A stretch of 64,000 nt of DNA. Source: an uncultured bacterium. Lineage in GTDB: Bacteria > Fidelibacterota > Marinisomatia > Marinisomatales > TCS56. Of the stretch, positions 1 through 9,596 are shown piece by piece. The stretch lies in NCBI GenBank assembly GCA_964628055.1, contig CAZVNL010000001.1:106170-170169 (forward strand), read 5' to 3'. Under the pieces are notes generated by a model that saw only the letters and a program-made list of their open reading frames with translations, did no database searches and was not told the DNA's origin. The translations under genes were made by a program, and so were the position numbers. Position 1 is the first letter of the stretch. Each line of letters opens with the position of its first letter.

Positions 1-337
1 ACTGGGGTAACCGGCGGTAAGAATCGGGTCCCAAGATTATATCCACATAAGGTTTTGATTCTAAGATTGTGGACTTTAGGTGTTGCGCCATACATCCCAA
101 TACGCCAATAATCACCTGGGGCCGTTGCTTCTTCACCCGGTGGAACCGTCCCAAACGGGAATGTACCTTTTCTTCGGCATGTTCCCGGATGGCGCACGTA
201 TTCACGAAAATAGCATCGGCCTCCTCCAACTGTCTGGTGGGCTGATACCCCTCTCGCAACAACATCCCCGTGATAAGTTCCGAATCAGCCATGTTCATCT
301 GGCAACCATATGTCTCCAGATAAAAAGTCTTATTCAT
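1..337 (-). CDS. miaB: MiaB-family radical-SAM methylthiotransferase, N-terminal fragment (gene runs off the left edge)
   Basis: Absent from the ORF track because it is open to the window edge. Manual minus-strand translation from the ATG at 337 gives MNKTFYLETYGCQMNMADSELITGMLLREGYQPTRQLEEADAIFVNTCAIREHAEEKV...VIIGVLGCMAQH...GPDSYRRLPQ. This carries the TYGCQMN / NTCxIRExAE MTTase N-terminal (UPF0004) signature. Confidence 0.8.
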   Translation of the reverse strand, partial: MNKTFYLETYGCQMNMADSELITGMLLREGYQPTRQLEEADAIFVNTCAIREHAEEKVHSRLGRFHRVKKQRPQVIIGVLGCMAQHLKSTILESKPYVDIILGPDSYRRLPQ

Positions 338-387
338 GGAATGAAATTACTCAGGAAAGAGGGTTGGTCTGGAGGAAAAACCGAAAG

Positions 388-1314
388 TTAGTCCAGATAA
401 CCGCTAAAGAAGAAATCAAGAGGATTCTGGGGGACCCCGAAGGAATGGACTTCATAGTGTAAATGGGGAGCGGTGGAGCGCCCGGTATTCCCCGTCCAAC
501 CGATAATATCTCCCCGTTTGACCTTCTGACCCTTTTTAACGTTAAAAGCCGACATGTGGGCATAGATCGTGGTGTATTGCAACCCGTGACTAATTTTCAC
601 GACGTTTCCGTAGCCTCCGCGATACCGCGCTACGCGAACAATGCCATCAGCAGGAGCCCGGATGGGGGTCCCTTTATGAACGGTGATATCCTGCCCATAA
701 TGAAAACGCACTTTACCGTCCAAGGGGTCTTTACGATAACCAAAACCAGAATTCAAATACCCCCCCTCCACCGGCCGAATGGAAGGAATGGTCCCCACCA
801 TATTGATGTTCGTCCGCACTTTGTCATAAATATCCGTGTAACTGGCTAATTCCAACTTCACTTTTCGGGAGAGCTTATCGATATCCAACTCCAGTTCAGA
901 AATACGGCTTTTTACATCCGGGGTCACTGTACTCAGAGGTGGCGCATTGGCTACACGATACCCCCCAACGCCCAATTTCCGTACATCCTGGTCAATCTCC
1001 GGCAGGTCGGCATAGGTCCGCAACGCTTCGTCTTTTTCTTCCAGGGTTTCCAATTGGGAAGTCAACGATTCCAGTTGATTTTGTAAGTTTACCAGCGTAG
1101 TGGATAGTTCCCGGTAATTAGATTGCATATTTTTTAGTCGGTTCCGGTATAGGATGTCGGTGATATAATCGGCGCTGATAAACAGAAATGCAGAAAGAGC
1201 AATAACCGCTACCACCACAATGGAGAGTAAGGCGCTACGGCTGAACTGCCACTCTCTAATATCGTGTTCGCGCTCTGCTAAAAGAACATATTTATGCTGG
1301 TTTGGTCTTGACAT
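388..1314 (-). CDS. M23 family metallopeptidase (murein endopeptidase) with N-terminal TM helix and coiled coil
   Basis: 308-aa ORF. HxxxD motif (FHYGQD) and HxH motif (APHLHYEVH), with GNTGRST just upstream. The N-terminus has a hydrophobic helix (LLSIVVVAVIALSAFLFI) followed by a heptad-rich segment. Confidence 0.85.
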   Translation of the reverse strand: MSRPNQHKYVLLAEREHDIREWQFSRSALLSIVVVAVIALSAFLFISADYITDILYRNRLKNMQSNYRELSTTLVNLQNQLESLTSQLETLEEKDEALRTYADLPEIDQDVRKLGVGGYRVANAPPLSTVTPDVKSRISELELDIDKLSRKVKLELASYTDIYDKVRTNINMVGTIPSIRPVEGGYLNSGFGYRKDPLDGKVRFHYGQDITVHKGTPIRAPADGIVRVARYRGGYGNVVKISHGLQYTTIYAHMSAFNVKKGQKVKRGDIIGWTGNTGRSTAPHLHYEVHSFGVPQNPLDFFFSGYLD

Positions 1315-1520
1315 TGTGTGTGGTTTTTAGGGATACACCAATCCACGTTTCCGTCTAATTTTACATCATTAAGTCTTAATAATACAAATTCTTTTCAGGG
1401 CCTGATCGAATTTCGCGTGGTTAACGTAATCTCCATTATAATAGTAAGTCAAATACGTCAAATCCGCTAATTCGTTTCCCTTTCTGTTAACCAGAAAAAC
1501 GGTATTTTGAGGATTGGCTT

Positions 1521-1937
1521 CTATTCTATAATCACTCCCCGACCACGAATTTGATAGCGACGAGCATCGCCAGGGGTGTATAGGAACGCGGTGGAATCAA
1601 ACGGCATCCCTTTTTCTTCGAACTCGTGCTGGTGCAATTTAAAAAATTCTGCTTTACTGTATTCTAGCCTTTCTAGCTAGCCTTACACCCGGGCATGCTT
1701 ACCGCGAATGGTAACCGGAAAAACAATCTCTCCATCTTCTACTTTCACGCGAATCTTTTGGCCCGAAGCCTCCCCCCTCAGTTCAATCCAACAGCCTATA
1801 TTAGTACAGACGTCAACGATGGTTCCTTCAATGAGCACCCGGTTGCCAACAAAGTTCTCCGGCGTGGTGACATTGGCTTCAATAGAAACGGTTTTTTCTA
1901 ACGTGAGTGGTGCCCCGAATTGAAGTGGCTCTTGACT
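1521..1937 (-). pseudogene. Decayed DUF4920-like gene (CxxxGCW motif). It has no start codon and two in-frame stops.
   Basis: One minus-strand frame reads ...NRVLIEGTIVDVCTNIGCWIELRGEASGQKIRVKVEDGEIVFPVTIRGKHARV*G*LERLEYSKAEFFKLHQHEFEEKGMPFDSTAFLYTPGDARRYQIRGRGVIIE*. In-frame TAA lies at 1683-1685 and TAG at 1677-1679. There is no ATG/GTG/TTG between the upstream stop (1938-1940) and an internal GTG at 1838. The family assignment is from memory of the VCxxxGCW...FKDxxFxxP pattern. Confidence 0.5.
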
Positions 1938-2027
1938 TCATAGGATCGTACCTAAAATAAAAAATAGCCCTCCTATTGTACGCCTGACTTGTGCTCCTAC
2001 TGGTGTTATTGATGAAAGGAATCCCCG

Positions 2028-2052
2028 GTGAAATAGGGGATTCATTAGATTA
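2028..2052 (-). terminator. Possible intrinsic terminator hairpin downstream of the 2075..2545 gene
   Basis: Perfect 8-bp inverted repeat GAATCCCC / GGGGATTC with a 9-nt loop, about 25 nt past the stop codon. The U-tract on the minus strand (CCTTTCATC) is weak. Confidence 0.35.
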
Positions 2053-2074
2053 AGGTATTCCCCCGGAGAAATAA

Positions 2075-2545
2075 CTACTTTTTCTTGGGGGATTCCTTGG
2101 TTGGTTCCTCCTGTTCATCGGTAGCGCTGGACTCAGAGTTCGAGGAGTCTTCCGGCTCTTGTTCCTCTTCAAGGGCCTCCACCGTGGCGGCGATCTCGGC
2201 CTCTTTTAAATCATATGTCTCCTTGATCTCCTGTATTTTGGCCTCTTTATCGGCAATTTGCTCTTTCAGATTATCAATCTTTTCTATGGTGGCGTAATAC
2301 TCTTTATGACCGGTGAAATTGGCCACGTTTTCTTCCTTGGTACTGCGGTAAACCATTTTCCCCAATGATTCAAAAAGCTTGCTTAAATCCCGTTGAAGCT
2401 GATGGACGTCAATCTTAATCCGGCTGATCTTCGTTAGCTCTTCAGTTTTGGCGACGGCTATCTTGCTGACCTCTTCAGCCTTTTCCACGGCCACATTGCT
2501 CCATTCGCGCATATTTCTTTTTAAGTCATCCCAAAGTTTTGACAT
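2075..2545 (-). CDS. Hypothetical coiled-coil protein with acidic Ser/Glu-rich C-terminal tail
   Basis: 156-aa ORF with a clean intergenic context. The sequence is heptad-like and charged (KIDNLKEQIADKEAKIQEIKETYDLKEAEIAATVEALEEEQEPEDSSNSESSATDEQEE). I recognise no family. Confidence 0.6.
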   Translation of the reverse strand: MSKLWDDLKRNMREWSNVAVEKAEEVSKIAVAKTEELTKISRIKIDVHQLQRDLSKLFESLGKMVYRSTKEENVANFTGHKEYYATIEKIDNLKEQIADKEAKIQEIKETYDLKEAEIAATVEALEEEQEPEDSSNSESSATDEQEEPTKESPKKK

Positions 2546-2719
2546 TGTTCATCCCTTTTTGTTGAATTTATTTAAGTTGAACCCAAAAAAATACCCAGCA
2601 TTTTTAAAGAATAGGCACCTAAAATGGTTCCCCTAATTTAAGCAATTATACAGGCACAACTGAAAGGTTTCTCAAACCCACTTCCTCCGTAATCAGACAA
2701 ATTCCCGTTTTAAGGTACC

Positions 2720-4984
2720 CTATGATGGAGCCTGCCTGGCTAACAGATTCAACGCTGACCCCGCTTGGAACCATTCTATCTGGGTCTGGTTGTACGAGTG
2801 TTCACAAGGAATGGTTTCCACGGTTCCATCGCCATGGGTAATTTGTAATGTTAAAGGGACCCCAGGACGAAACTCAGTCAAGTCGAGAAAATCAAAAGTA
2901 TCATCTTCCTGGATTTGGTCATAATCGGCCTTATCCGCAAAAGTAAGGGCTAACATCCCCTGTTTTTTCAAGTTAGTTTCATGTATACGGGCAAAGGAGC
3001 GGACTAAGATGACGCGGACCCCCAAATAGCGCGGTTCCATGGCGGCATGTTCCCGGGAGGACCCTTCCCCGTAATTTTCATCCCCCACAACAATCGTCTG
3101 AATACCGGCCTCTTTGTACTGACGTTGGACTTTAGGAACAGCGTTGTAAGTCCCGGTCAGTTGGTTCTTCACCCAATTCGTTCGGTCGTTAAACGCATTC
3201 ACAGCCCCGATGAGGAGGTTGTTTGAAATATTATCCAAATGACCCCGATATCGCAGCCAGGGACCGGCCATGGAAATGTGGTCAGTAGTACATTTGCCCT
3301 TGGTTTTTATCAATAATTTCAGCCCTTTGAGGTTTTGCCCATCCCAGGGCGGAAAGGGTTCCAGGCGTTGCAACCGGTCTGATTCTGGAGCGATGATCAC
3401 TTCCAAGGTATTTCCATCTTCCGTCGGGTGTAAATAACCTTCCCGGTCGCCTTGCAATCCCCCGGGAGGAAGTTCAATGCCCGTTGGGGTTGCCAAACGT
3501 ATGTCTTCACCTTCTTCATTACGCAGCGAATCGGTGAGGGGATTAAAGGTCATTTCTCCCGCAATGGCCATGGCTGTGACAATTTCCGGTGAGGCCACGA
3601 AGCTATGGGTGTTGGGATTCCCATCATTCCGTTTGGCAAAATTCCGGTTGAACGAGGTAATGATGGCGTTTTTCTCCTGTTTTTCTGCGCCTGCCCGAGC
3701 CCACTGTCCGATACAGGGTCCGCAAGCATTGGCCAAGATTACACCACCGATCTCCTGGAGACTCTCCAAATGACCGTCCCGCTCCACCGTCTGGCGAATT
3801 TGTTCCGAACCGGGCGTAACGGTGAACTGAGCCTTCACCTTCAGATGTTTTTCCACCGCCTGACGAGCAACGGAAGCTGCTCTGGTAATATCTTCATAGG
3901 AAGAATTGGTACACGATCCAATAAGTCCCACCGATAACTTTTCGGGCCAATGATTATCTTTCACCACCTGGGCAAAGCGGGAAATCGGTGTTGCCCGATC
4001 GGGAGAAAAAGGACCGTTTATGTGGGGTTCTAAGGTATTTAAATCGATCTCGATAACCTGGTCAAAGTACTTTTCGGGAGTTTGGTAGACTTCGGCATCG
4101 GCTCGTAAGAGGTCGGCATGGGTATCAGCCAAGTCAGCCACAGCTTCCCGGCCAGTCGTCCGCAGGTAGGCCGCCATTTTCCGATCGTAAGCGAATAGAG
4201 AAGTCGTGGCCCCAATTTCAGCACCCATGTTACAAATGGTCCCCTTGCCCGTGCAGGAGATCGACTCGGCCCCGGGCCCAAAATATTCCACGATGGCGCC
4301 GGTGCCACCCTTAACTGTCAGAATACCGGCAACCTTGAGAATCACATCTTTCGCTGCTGTCCAGCCGTTCAGTTCCCCCGTTAAACGTACACCAATCAAC
4401 TTTGGCCATAGCAACTCCCAGGGCATTCCGGCCATAACGTCCACCGCATCGGCGCCACCCACACCAATCGCCACCATCCCCAGACCACCGGCATTCACGG
4501 TATGGGAATCCGTGCCAATCATCATCCCCCCGGGGAAAGCGTAGTTCTCCAAGACCACCTGATGAATAATTCCAGCTCCCGGCCGCCAGAATCCAATGCC
4601 GTACTTCTGTGAAGCGGATTCTAAAAAAGTGTACACCTCGCCATTAATATCTAAAGCCCGGGAGAGGTCCGCCTCCGCTCCCCCCTGGGCCTGGATTAAA
4701 TGGTCACAATGAACAGTTGTGGGAACGGCAACGCGCGCCTGACCTGCTTGCATGAACTGGAGCAGTGCCATCTGAGCCGTCGCATCCTGCATGGCCACGC
4801 GATCAGGGTGAAACTCCACGTAAGACGCTCCTCGACGGTAAGGGGTCTCTGGGACACCATAATAAAGATGGGCGTAAAGGATCTTTTCTGCCAGAGTGAA
4901 AGGCTGTCCAACCACGTCTTGGGCCGCCTTTATCCGGGAGTGTAAGCGCTCATAAACCGAGGTGATCACCTCTAAATCAAACAT
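2720..4984 (-). CDS. acn: Aconitate hydratase (about 750-aa mitochondrial/Bacteroidota type)
   Basis: 754-aa ORF. Fe-S ligand regions are present: [25 protein letters not shown]. Swivel-domain motifs [11 protein letters not shown] and [14 protein letters not shown] are also present. Confidence 0.95.
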   Translation of the reverse strand: MFDLEVITSVYERLHSRIKAAQDVVGQPFTLAEKILYAHLYYGVPETPYRRGASYVEFHPDRVAMQDATAQMALLQFMQAGQARVAVPTTVHCDHLIQAQGGAEADLSRALDINGEVYTFLESASQKYGIGFWRPGAGIIHQVVLENYAFPGGMMIGTDSHTVNAGGLGMVAIGVGGADAVDVMAGMPWELLWPKLIGVRLTGELNGWTAAKDVILKVAGILTVKGGTGAIVEYFGPGAESISCTGKGTICNMGAEIGATTSLFAYDRKMAAYLRTTGREAVADLADTHADLLRADAEVYQTPEKYFDQVIEIDLNTLEPHINGPFSPDRATPISRFAQVVKDNHWPEKLSVGLIGSCTNSSYEDITRAASVARQAVEKHLKVKAQFTVTPGSEQIRQTVERDGHLESLQEIGGVILANACGPCIGQWARAGAEKQEKNAIITSFNRNFAKRNDGNPNTHSFVASPEIVTAMAIAGEMTFNPLTDSLRNEEGEDIRLATPTGIELPPGGLQGDREGYLHPTEDGNTLEVIIAPESDRLQRLEPFPPWDGQNLKGLKLLIKTKGKCTTDHISMAGPWLRYRGHLDNISNNLLIGAVNAFNDRTNWVKNQLTGTYNAVPKVQRQYKEAGIQTIVVGDENYGEGSSREHAAMEPRYLGVRVILVRSFARIHETNLKKQGMLALTFADKADYDQIQEDDTFDFLDLTEFRPGVPLTLQITHGDGTVETIPCEHSYNQTQIEWFQAGSALNLLARQAPS

Positions 4985-5129
4985 GAAGATTCCTCTTTTA
5001 TTTGTGTAAAGAAAATTGTTTCTGGGGAACAGTGTACTATTTTCTTCGTACGAACCGTTAACAAAAATTACATCGAAAGGTGATCATATATCAATTCTAT
5101 ACCGGCAGCAATCCTAAATTCCCCTTCCT

Positions 5130-8100
5130 ATGAAACCCTTATGCACCGTCATTAGCCTAGCACTACTTCTGGGGTCCCTCCTGGGAGGCGTGCAATTCCA
5201 GGTTATTCAGTCTACTCCGGAACGGCTGCAGCTCCAAATTCGGGTGGAAGCGTTTGTAGAGGATGATCTGAAACCGGTTCACTTTTTGATCGGTTTACCT
5301 ACGGATGAATACCCCGATCTTCAGATAAACACCTCAGAAAAACGCCTTCTGCCTGAAGGAATCCCCTCCAGACAAAGCCCAGGTGTCCACTGGCTCCAGA
5401 AACAACGCCTACGCGGGTTGAACGTGGCCACCCTTGAAGTCGATCCCCACGCGGGAACCAATGCCTATTACCGCACCTTGAATATCATCCTTCGCTTTCC
5501 CCAAAGCCCTCCTGGTTTGCGGCCCGCCAATAAACGCCAGACACGCTTCCTATCCCACCGCATCCTTAACTGGTCCGTGGCCCGATCCTGGTTTCAACCC
5601 CCAGTTCGCAAACGAAGTACCCTACAGCAATTTCCTAGGGACACTTGGCTGAGAATACCAATCCAACGGGATGGCATCTACGCCCTCAGTGGCGAGCAAC
5701 TTTTGAGTATCTTAAGCGACAATCCAAACATTGACCTACGTTCGATTCACATGTATACCAGTTCTCAGTATGGGCGCGAACAGACACACATTCTTACCGG
5801 TAATACAATCAAGTATTTGCCAATCCCCGAAAACCTAATAGAGATACCGATCTGGACCGAAGGGGACAGTACCCTGAAGGCTGGCGATCGAATCTATTTC
5901 TATGGTCGGGGTGCTACCGGATTCAATACCCAGGGGACCAACGTTGTTTTTAAAAATAATATCTACTTTACCCATAACACTTACTGGCTCCTCGTCCCGG
6001 ATGATGGCTCTCTAAGAGGCAAACGGGTTGCCGCCCGGAACGGTTCGGTGGGTAACCCCGTACTACTGAGTTATGGTGAAGCATATATTCACACCGAAAA
6101 CGACCTGATCAATCCTTTTGAGGAGGGGAATGCCTGGGTAGGCCCCGCCATCAGAACGGGGACGTCATTCACTTTCGAACAAACAATTACTGATCTTCTC
6201 CCAGGAAGTGAGGTAACTGCAAAATTAGGTTTACAGGGTGGTTCAACAAATATCGAGGACAAAAAGTACCCCCATCACCATATTAACGTTTACCTTGGCT
6301 CCACGCAAAACCCCGCCCTGGATACACTGGATTGGTCCGGGTTACGGAAATTCACCAGTACGTTCACCATTGCGTCCAATGTGATTCAATCTGGCAGCAA
6401 CCTTTTTCTCTTAGAGAATAATACCAGCGACAACTACTCCCAACCCTATTTCGATTATTTGACACTCCAATACAAACGCCAATTAACCACCAGTCAACTG
6501 CCTTTCGAGTTCTGGGCTCCCTTACATTCTAACGTAGTGAGATTTACTATTGCCGGTAGTAAACAACCGCAGGTTTGGATGGTCACTGATCCCGCCCAGG
6601 TAGCTACGATGTCCCTGGAAACAGTGAGTACCGGTTTTGCTTTCACGGTTCAACTACCACCCGATACCTCAGCCCGCTTCATCGTATTTGACACTTCCCA
6701 GGTTAGTTTTGTCTCTGATGTCTCCCTCTACGGCAGGTATAAATTCACCACCCTGCGGAACGATGAAGCTGGTGTGGAGCATCTCCTTATCGGTCCCGAG
6801 GAATTTCGCGCTGCCTCCCAACCCCTAGTTCAACATCGCGGTAGTTCCCGTTTTGTTAGTTTAGAAGACATTTATAACCAATTCACCGGCGGCAACGCCG
6901 ATCCCGTTGCCATTCGCTGGTTCTTGCAATGGACTCAGGAATACTGGCGCCCTCCTCGCCCAGATTTCGTCCTGTTTATGGGAGATGCCGATTACGACTA
7001 CCGAAATCTCACGGGAAACTCCCAAAACCGTGTGCCGACGATTGAAATCGGTGAATCCAATTCCCGTGCTACCGACGATCGACTGGTTGATATTAGCGGC
7101 ACCATCCCGGAACTCGCCCTGGGACGGTTCCCGGCTCAATCGGTAGGCGAAGTAGAGGATTTTGTTGCCAAAATAATTGCCTACGAAACAAATCCACTCT
7201 ACGGGCTTTGGCGCCAACGGGTTACCCTGGTCGCCGATGATGCCGCCCGTCCCGAACCTAAATACGGTTCCATTGCCACAGGGAAAAGCCACACTCGCAA
7301 TTCCGAGACCATTGCCAGTCTGGTCTCACCCTTAGTGGAACTGCAAAAACTGTATATGATGGAATTTCCTGAAGTGAGTGACGCCTCAAGTTATGGCGTC
7401 ATCAAACCAGACGCCACTCAGGCGTTGTTCGATCTCTTGAAAGAAGGCACCGGAATTATTAATTACATCGGCCACGGTTCCGCGCACCAGTGGGCTCAGG
7501 AAAAACTCCTCTACCAGGACCGGGGAGATGTAAATGCTATTGATACGGGATTGAAATTACCTATCTGGATCGCCGGAACCTGTTCCTGGGGCCACTTTGA
7601 TAATATCGGTAGCGAATCCTTTGCCGAAGAATTAATCCGCCGTCCCATGAATGGTGCCGTGGGAATAATCACCACCAGCCGACCGATCACGGTAAGTGGG
7701 AATGCCTTTTTTGAAGAGGAATTCTTTCGGGCTCTATTCCCCAATGGCGATATAGCTACCGAGCCTGTTGGCATCATCCACCAATCCATTAAAGACGGTT
7801 CCGTGAGCGGCGAACTTTTTCACTACTTTGGGGATCCCGCAACCCCCCTGCCCATACCCTTCCAAAAAGTCAGCGTCACATCCCTTATCCCAGATACCCT
7901 CCTTACCCTGGATACGGCTCGTTTCGCTGGAAATCAAACCATGGATCCCAATAGCACGGGAAGCGGCATCATCACTTTGAAGGATGCCGAACGGAAAGTG
8001 ACCCGATTTTACAACATTGCTTCCACAACCCAACAATTAACGTATAACCTACCAGGGGCCACGTTGTTTAAGGGTCAATTCTCATTTATCGGTAAGCAGT

Positions 8101-8888
8101 TCGAGGGGGTCATTCGGATTCCCCTGGATATTTCTTATTCCGACCAACCCGCACAATTAAACATTTACCTCACGCTGGACACCGATCCCCAGCTGGAGGC
8201 CCTGGGGCTGCTGGAAAACATCCCCTTGCGGGGAGGCGTACCGACTCTCGACCATACCGGGCCTATCATCACTTTTGAGACTACGGACAAACGTCCCCTA
8301 CGAAATGGCGATCACCTCAATGTGGAGGAACCATTTATCATTCGCTTATCTGATCCCCTGGGAATTAATATCACCGGTGAAGTGGGACACGAGATTATGC
8401 TTACGGACCTCAAGTCCGCGGAAAAGAAAAATATCACCAATAAATTTGTCTACGACCTCAATAAAATTGACACGGGAACCATCCCCTATGAATTGGACCC
8501 CAATACTTCTGAGATCGCCCTAAAAATAAAAGCGTGGGATAGCGCTAACAATCCCGCCGAGCAAGAAATACGCCTATCGATTTTGACGACACCTAAATTG
8601 CGCCTCTATCAAGTCATGAACTACCCCAATCCCTTTGCCACTAATACGCAGTTCACTTTTGAAATTACAAGTTCCGCAACGGTTACCATTGACATCTATA
8701 CACTGGGGGGACGACGGATAAAATCGTTAGGAACATATAATTTCTCCGCTGGTTTCCATACCATCCCCTGGGACGGTCGGGATACGTATGGCAATCGCCT
8801 GGCAAACGGGACCTACATCTACCGCTTAAAGGCCAAGAATGAAAACCAGAGCGTCGCCACCATTGGGAGACTGGCCAAATTCCACTGA
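5130..8888 (+). CDS. Peptidase C25 (gingipain family), PorU-like, with T9SS C-terminal sorting domain
   Basis: 1252-aa ORF with an N-terminal signal peptide (CTVISLALLLGSLLGG). Candidate catalytic His is in YIGHGSAHQW and Cys in IAGTCSWGHFD. It has the RFPAQSVGEVEDFVAKIIAYE segment typical of C25/PorU and a long N-terminal beta-rich region (DRIYFYGRG...NTYWLL). Confidence 0.85.
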   Translation: MKPLCTVISLALLLGSLLGGVQFQVIQSTPERLQLQIRVEAFVEDDLKPVHFLIGLPTDEYPDLQINTSEKRLLPEGIPSRQSPGVHWLQKQRLRGLNVATLEVDPHAGTNAYYRTLNIILRFPQSPPGLRPANKRQTRFLSHRILNWSVARSWFQPPVRKRSTLQQFPRDTWLRIPIQRDGIYALSGEQLLSILSDNPNIDLRSIHMYTSSQYGREQTHILTGNTIKYLPIPENLIEIPIWTEGDSTLKAGDRIYFYGRGATGFNTQGTNVVFKNNIYFTHNTYWLLVPDDGSLRGKRVAARNGSVGNPVLLSYGEAYIHTENDLINPFEEGNAWVGPAIRTGTSFTFEQTITDLLPGSEVTAKLGLQGGSTNIEDKKYPHHHINVYLGSTQNPALDTLDWSGLRKFTSTFTIASNVIQSGSNLFLLENNTSDNYSQPYFDYLTLQYKRQLTTSQLPFEFWAPLHSNVVRFTIAGSKQPQVWMVTDPAQVATMSLETVSTGFAFTVQLPPDTSARFIVFDTSQVSFVSDVSLYGRYKFTTLRNDEAGVEHLLIGPEEFRAASQPLVQHRGSSRFVSLEDIYNQFTGGNADPVAIRWFLQWTQEYWRPPRPDFVLFMGDADYDYRNLTGNSQNRVPTIEIGESNSRATDDRLVDISGTIPELALGRFPAQSVGEVEDFVAKIIAYETNPLYGLWRQRVTLVADDAARPEPKYGSIATGKSHTRNSETIASLVSPLVELQKLYMMEFPEVSDASSYGVIKPDATQALFDLLKEGTGIINYIGHGSAHQWAQEKLLYQDRGDVNAIDTGLKLPIWIAGTCSWGHFDNIGSESFAEELIRRPMNGAVGIITTSRPITVSGNAFFEEEFFRALFPNGDIATEPVGIIHQSIKDGSVSGELFHYFGDPATPLPIPFQKVSVTSLIPDTLLTLDTARFAGNQTMDPNSTGSGIITLKDAERKVTRFYNIASTTQQLTYNLPGATLFKGQFSFIGKQFEGVIRIPLDISYSDQPAQLNIYLTLDTDPQLEALGLLENIPLRGGVPTLDHTGPIITFETTDKRPLRNGDHLNVEEPFIIRLSDPLGINITGEVGHEIMLTDLKSAEKKNITNKFVYDLNKIDTGTIPYELDPNTSEIALKIKAWDSANNPAEQEIRLSILTTPKLRLYQVMNYPNPFATNTQFTFEITSSATVTIDIYTLGGRRIKSLGTYNFSAGFHTIPWDGRDTYGNRLANGTYIYRLKAKNENQSVATIGRLAKFH
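8607..8885 (+). other. T9SS type-A C-terminal sorting domain (CTD) of the C25 peptidase
   Basis: The last 93 aa are YQVMNYPNPFATNTQFTFEI...VTIDIYTLGGRRIKSL...FHTIPWDGRDTYGNRLANGTYIYRLKA. This matches the canonical NYPNPF...IYd.xGrxV...WdGxdxxGxxvxxGvYxYrl pattern. Confidence 0.85.
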
Positions 8889-8943
8889 CAGCAATAAAAC
8901 CCCGGTGACTTTTCTGAAATACGAGGACCAACCTGAGCATAAG

Positions 8944-9537
8944 ATGACCCCTTTATTTTCCTCCTCTCCCCCTATCATCCTGGCTTCCAACTCACCGCGA
9001 AGAAAGGCCCTGTTAGATCAAATTGGCCTTGCAACACAGGTGATTCCAAGCCAGGTGAACGAAGACCCGTCCCTTCCCTTACAACCAGCCGAGTATGCGG
9101 AACACTACGCCCGTTCAAAAGCCCAAACAGTTGCTGAAAAATATCACCAGGCGCTGGTGATCGGCGCCGATACCATCGTTGTGCTCAATGGAGCAATCCT
9201 GGGCAAACCACCATCCGCCCAGGCCGCTCACTCCATGTTAAGTCGCCTATCCAATCGTACCCATACGGTCATCACTGGGGTCTCCTTGCAATGGAAAGAA
9301 AACGGGATTGAGGACACCTTTCACGAAAAAACAGCTGTCACCTTCTACCCCATCTTAAGCGAAGAGATAACCCACTATATTAAAAACTGGAAACCTTTTG
9401 ATAAGGCAGGCAGTTACGGCATCCAGGACTGGTCTTCCATTTGGGTTAAAGGCATCGAAGGGTGCTACTTTAATGTAGTGGGGTTCCCCATCGCTGCTTT
9501 CTACCAACATTTTAAGAAGATCGTTAAAAAGGCCTAA
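8944..9537 (+). CDS. maf: Maf-family nucleoside triphosphate pyrophosphatase (septum formation protein Maf)
   Basis: ILASNSPRRKALLDQIGL..., GADTIVVLNG.ILGKP, and KAGSYGIQD motifs. I moved the start to the ATG at 8944, because the tracked start at 8839 would overlap the C25 gene 3' end. Confidence 0.9.
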   Translation: MTPLFSSSPPIILASNSPRRKALLDQIGLATQVIPSQVNEDPSLPLQPAEYAEHYARSKAQTVAEKYHQALVIGADTIVVLNGAILGKPPSAQAAHSMLSRLSNRTHTVITGVSLQWKENGIEDTFHEKTAVTFYPILSEEITHYIKNWKPFDKAGSYGIQDWSSIWVKGIEGCYFNVVGFPIAAFYQHFKKIVKKA

Positions 9538-9596
9538 ATTGTATTGAATGCCAGTACATCCGGCAATTAACTTTTCAACCCCTTACAAGGAAGAAC

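Noticed and set aside
80-391. 103-aa plus-strand ORF at the left edge
   Set aside because: It lies exactly antisense to the clearly recognisable miaB N-terminus (1..337, minus strand), and its own sequence has no family features. It is a shadow ORF.
1695-1923. Two overlapping plus-strand ORFs (68 and 71 aa)
   Set aside because: They are antisense to the DUF4920-like remnant, whose CxxxGCW motif is on the minus strand. There is no RBS and no recognisable motif.
8839-8943. 35-codon N-terminal extension of the maf ORF
   Set aside because: It would overlap the last 50 nt of the C25 peptidase gene and adds a non-Maf-like leader. The Maf homology begins right after ATG 8944.
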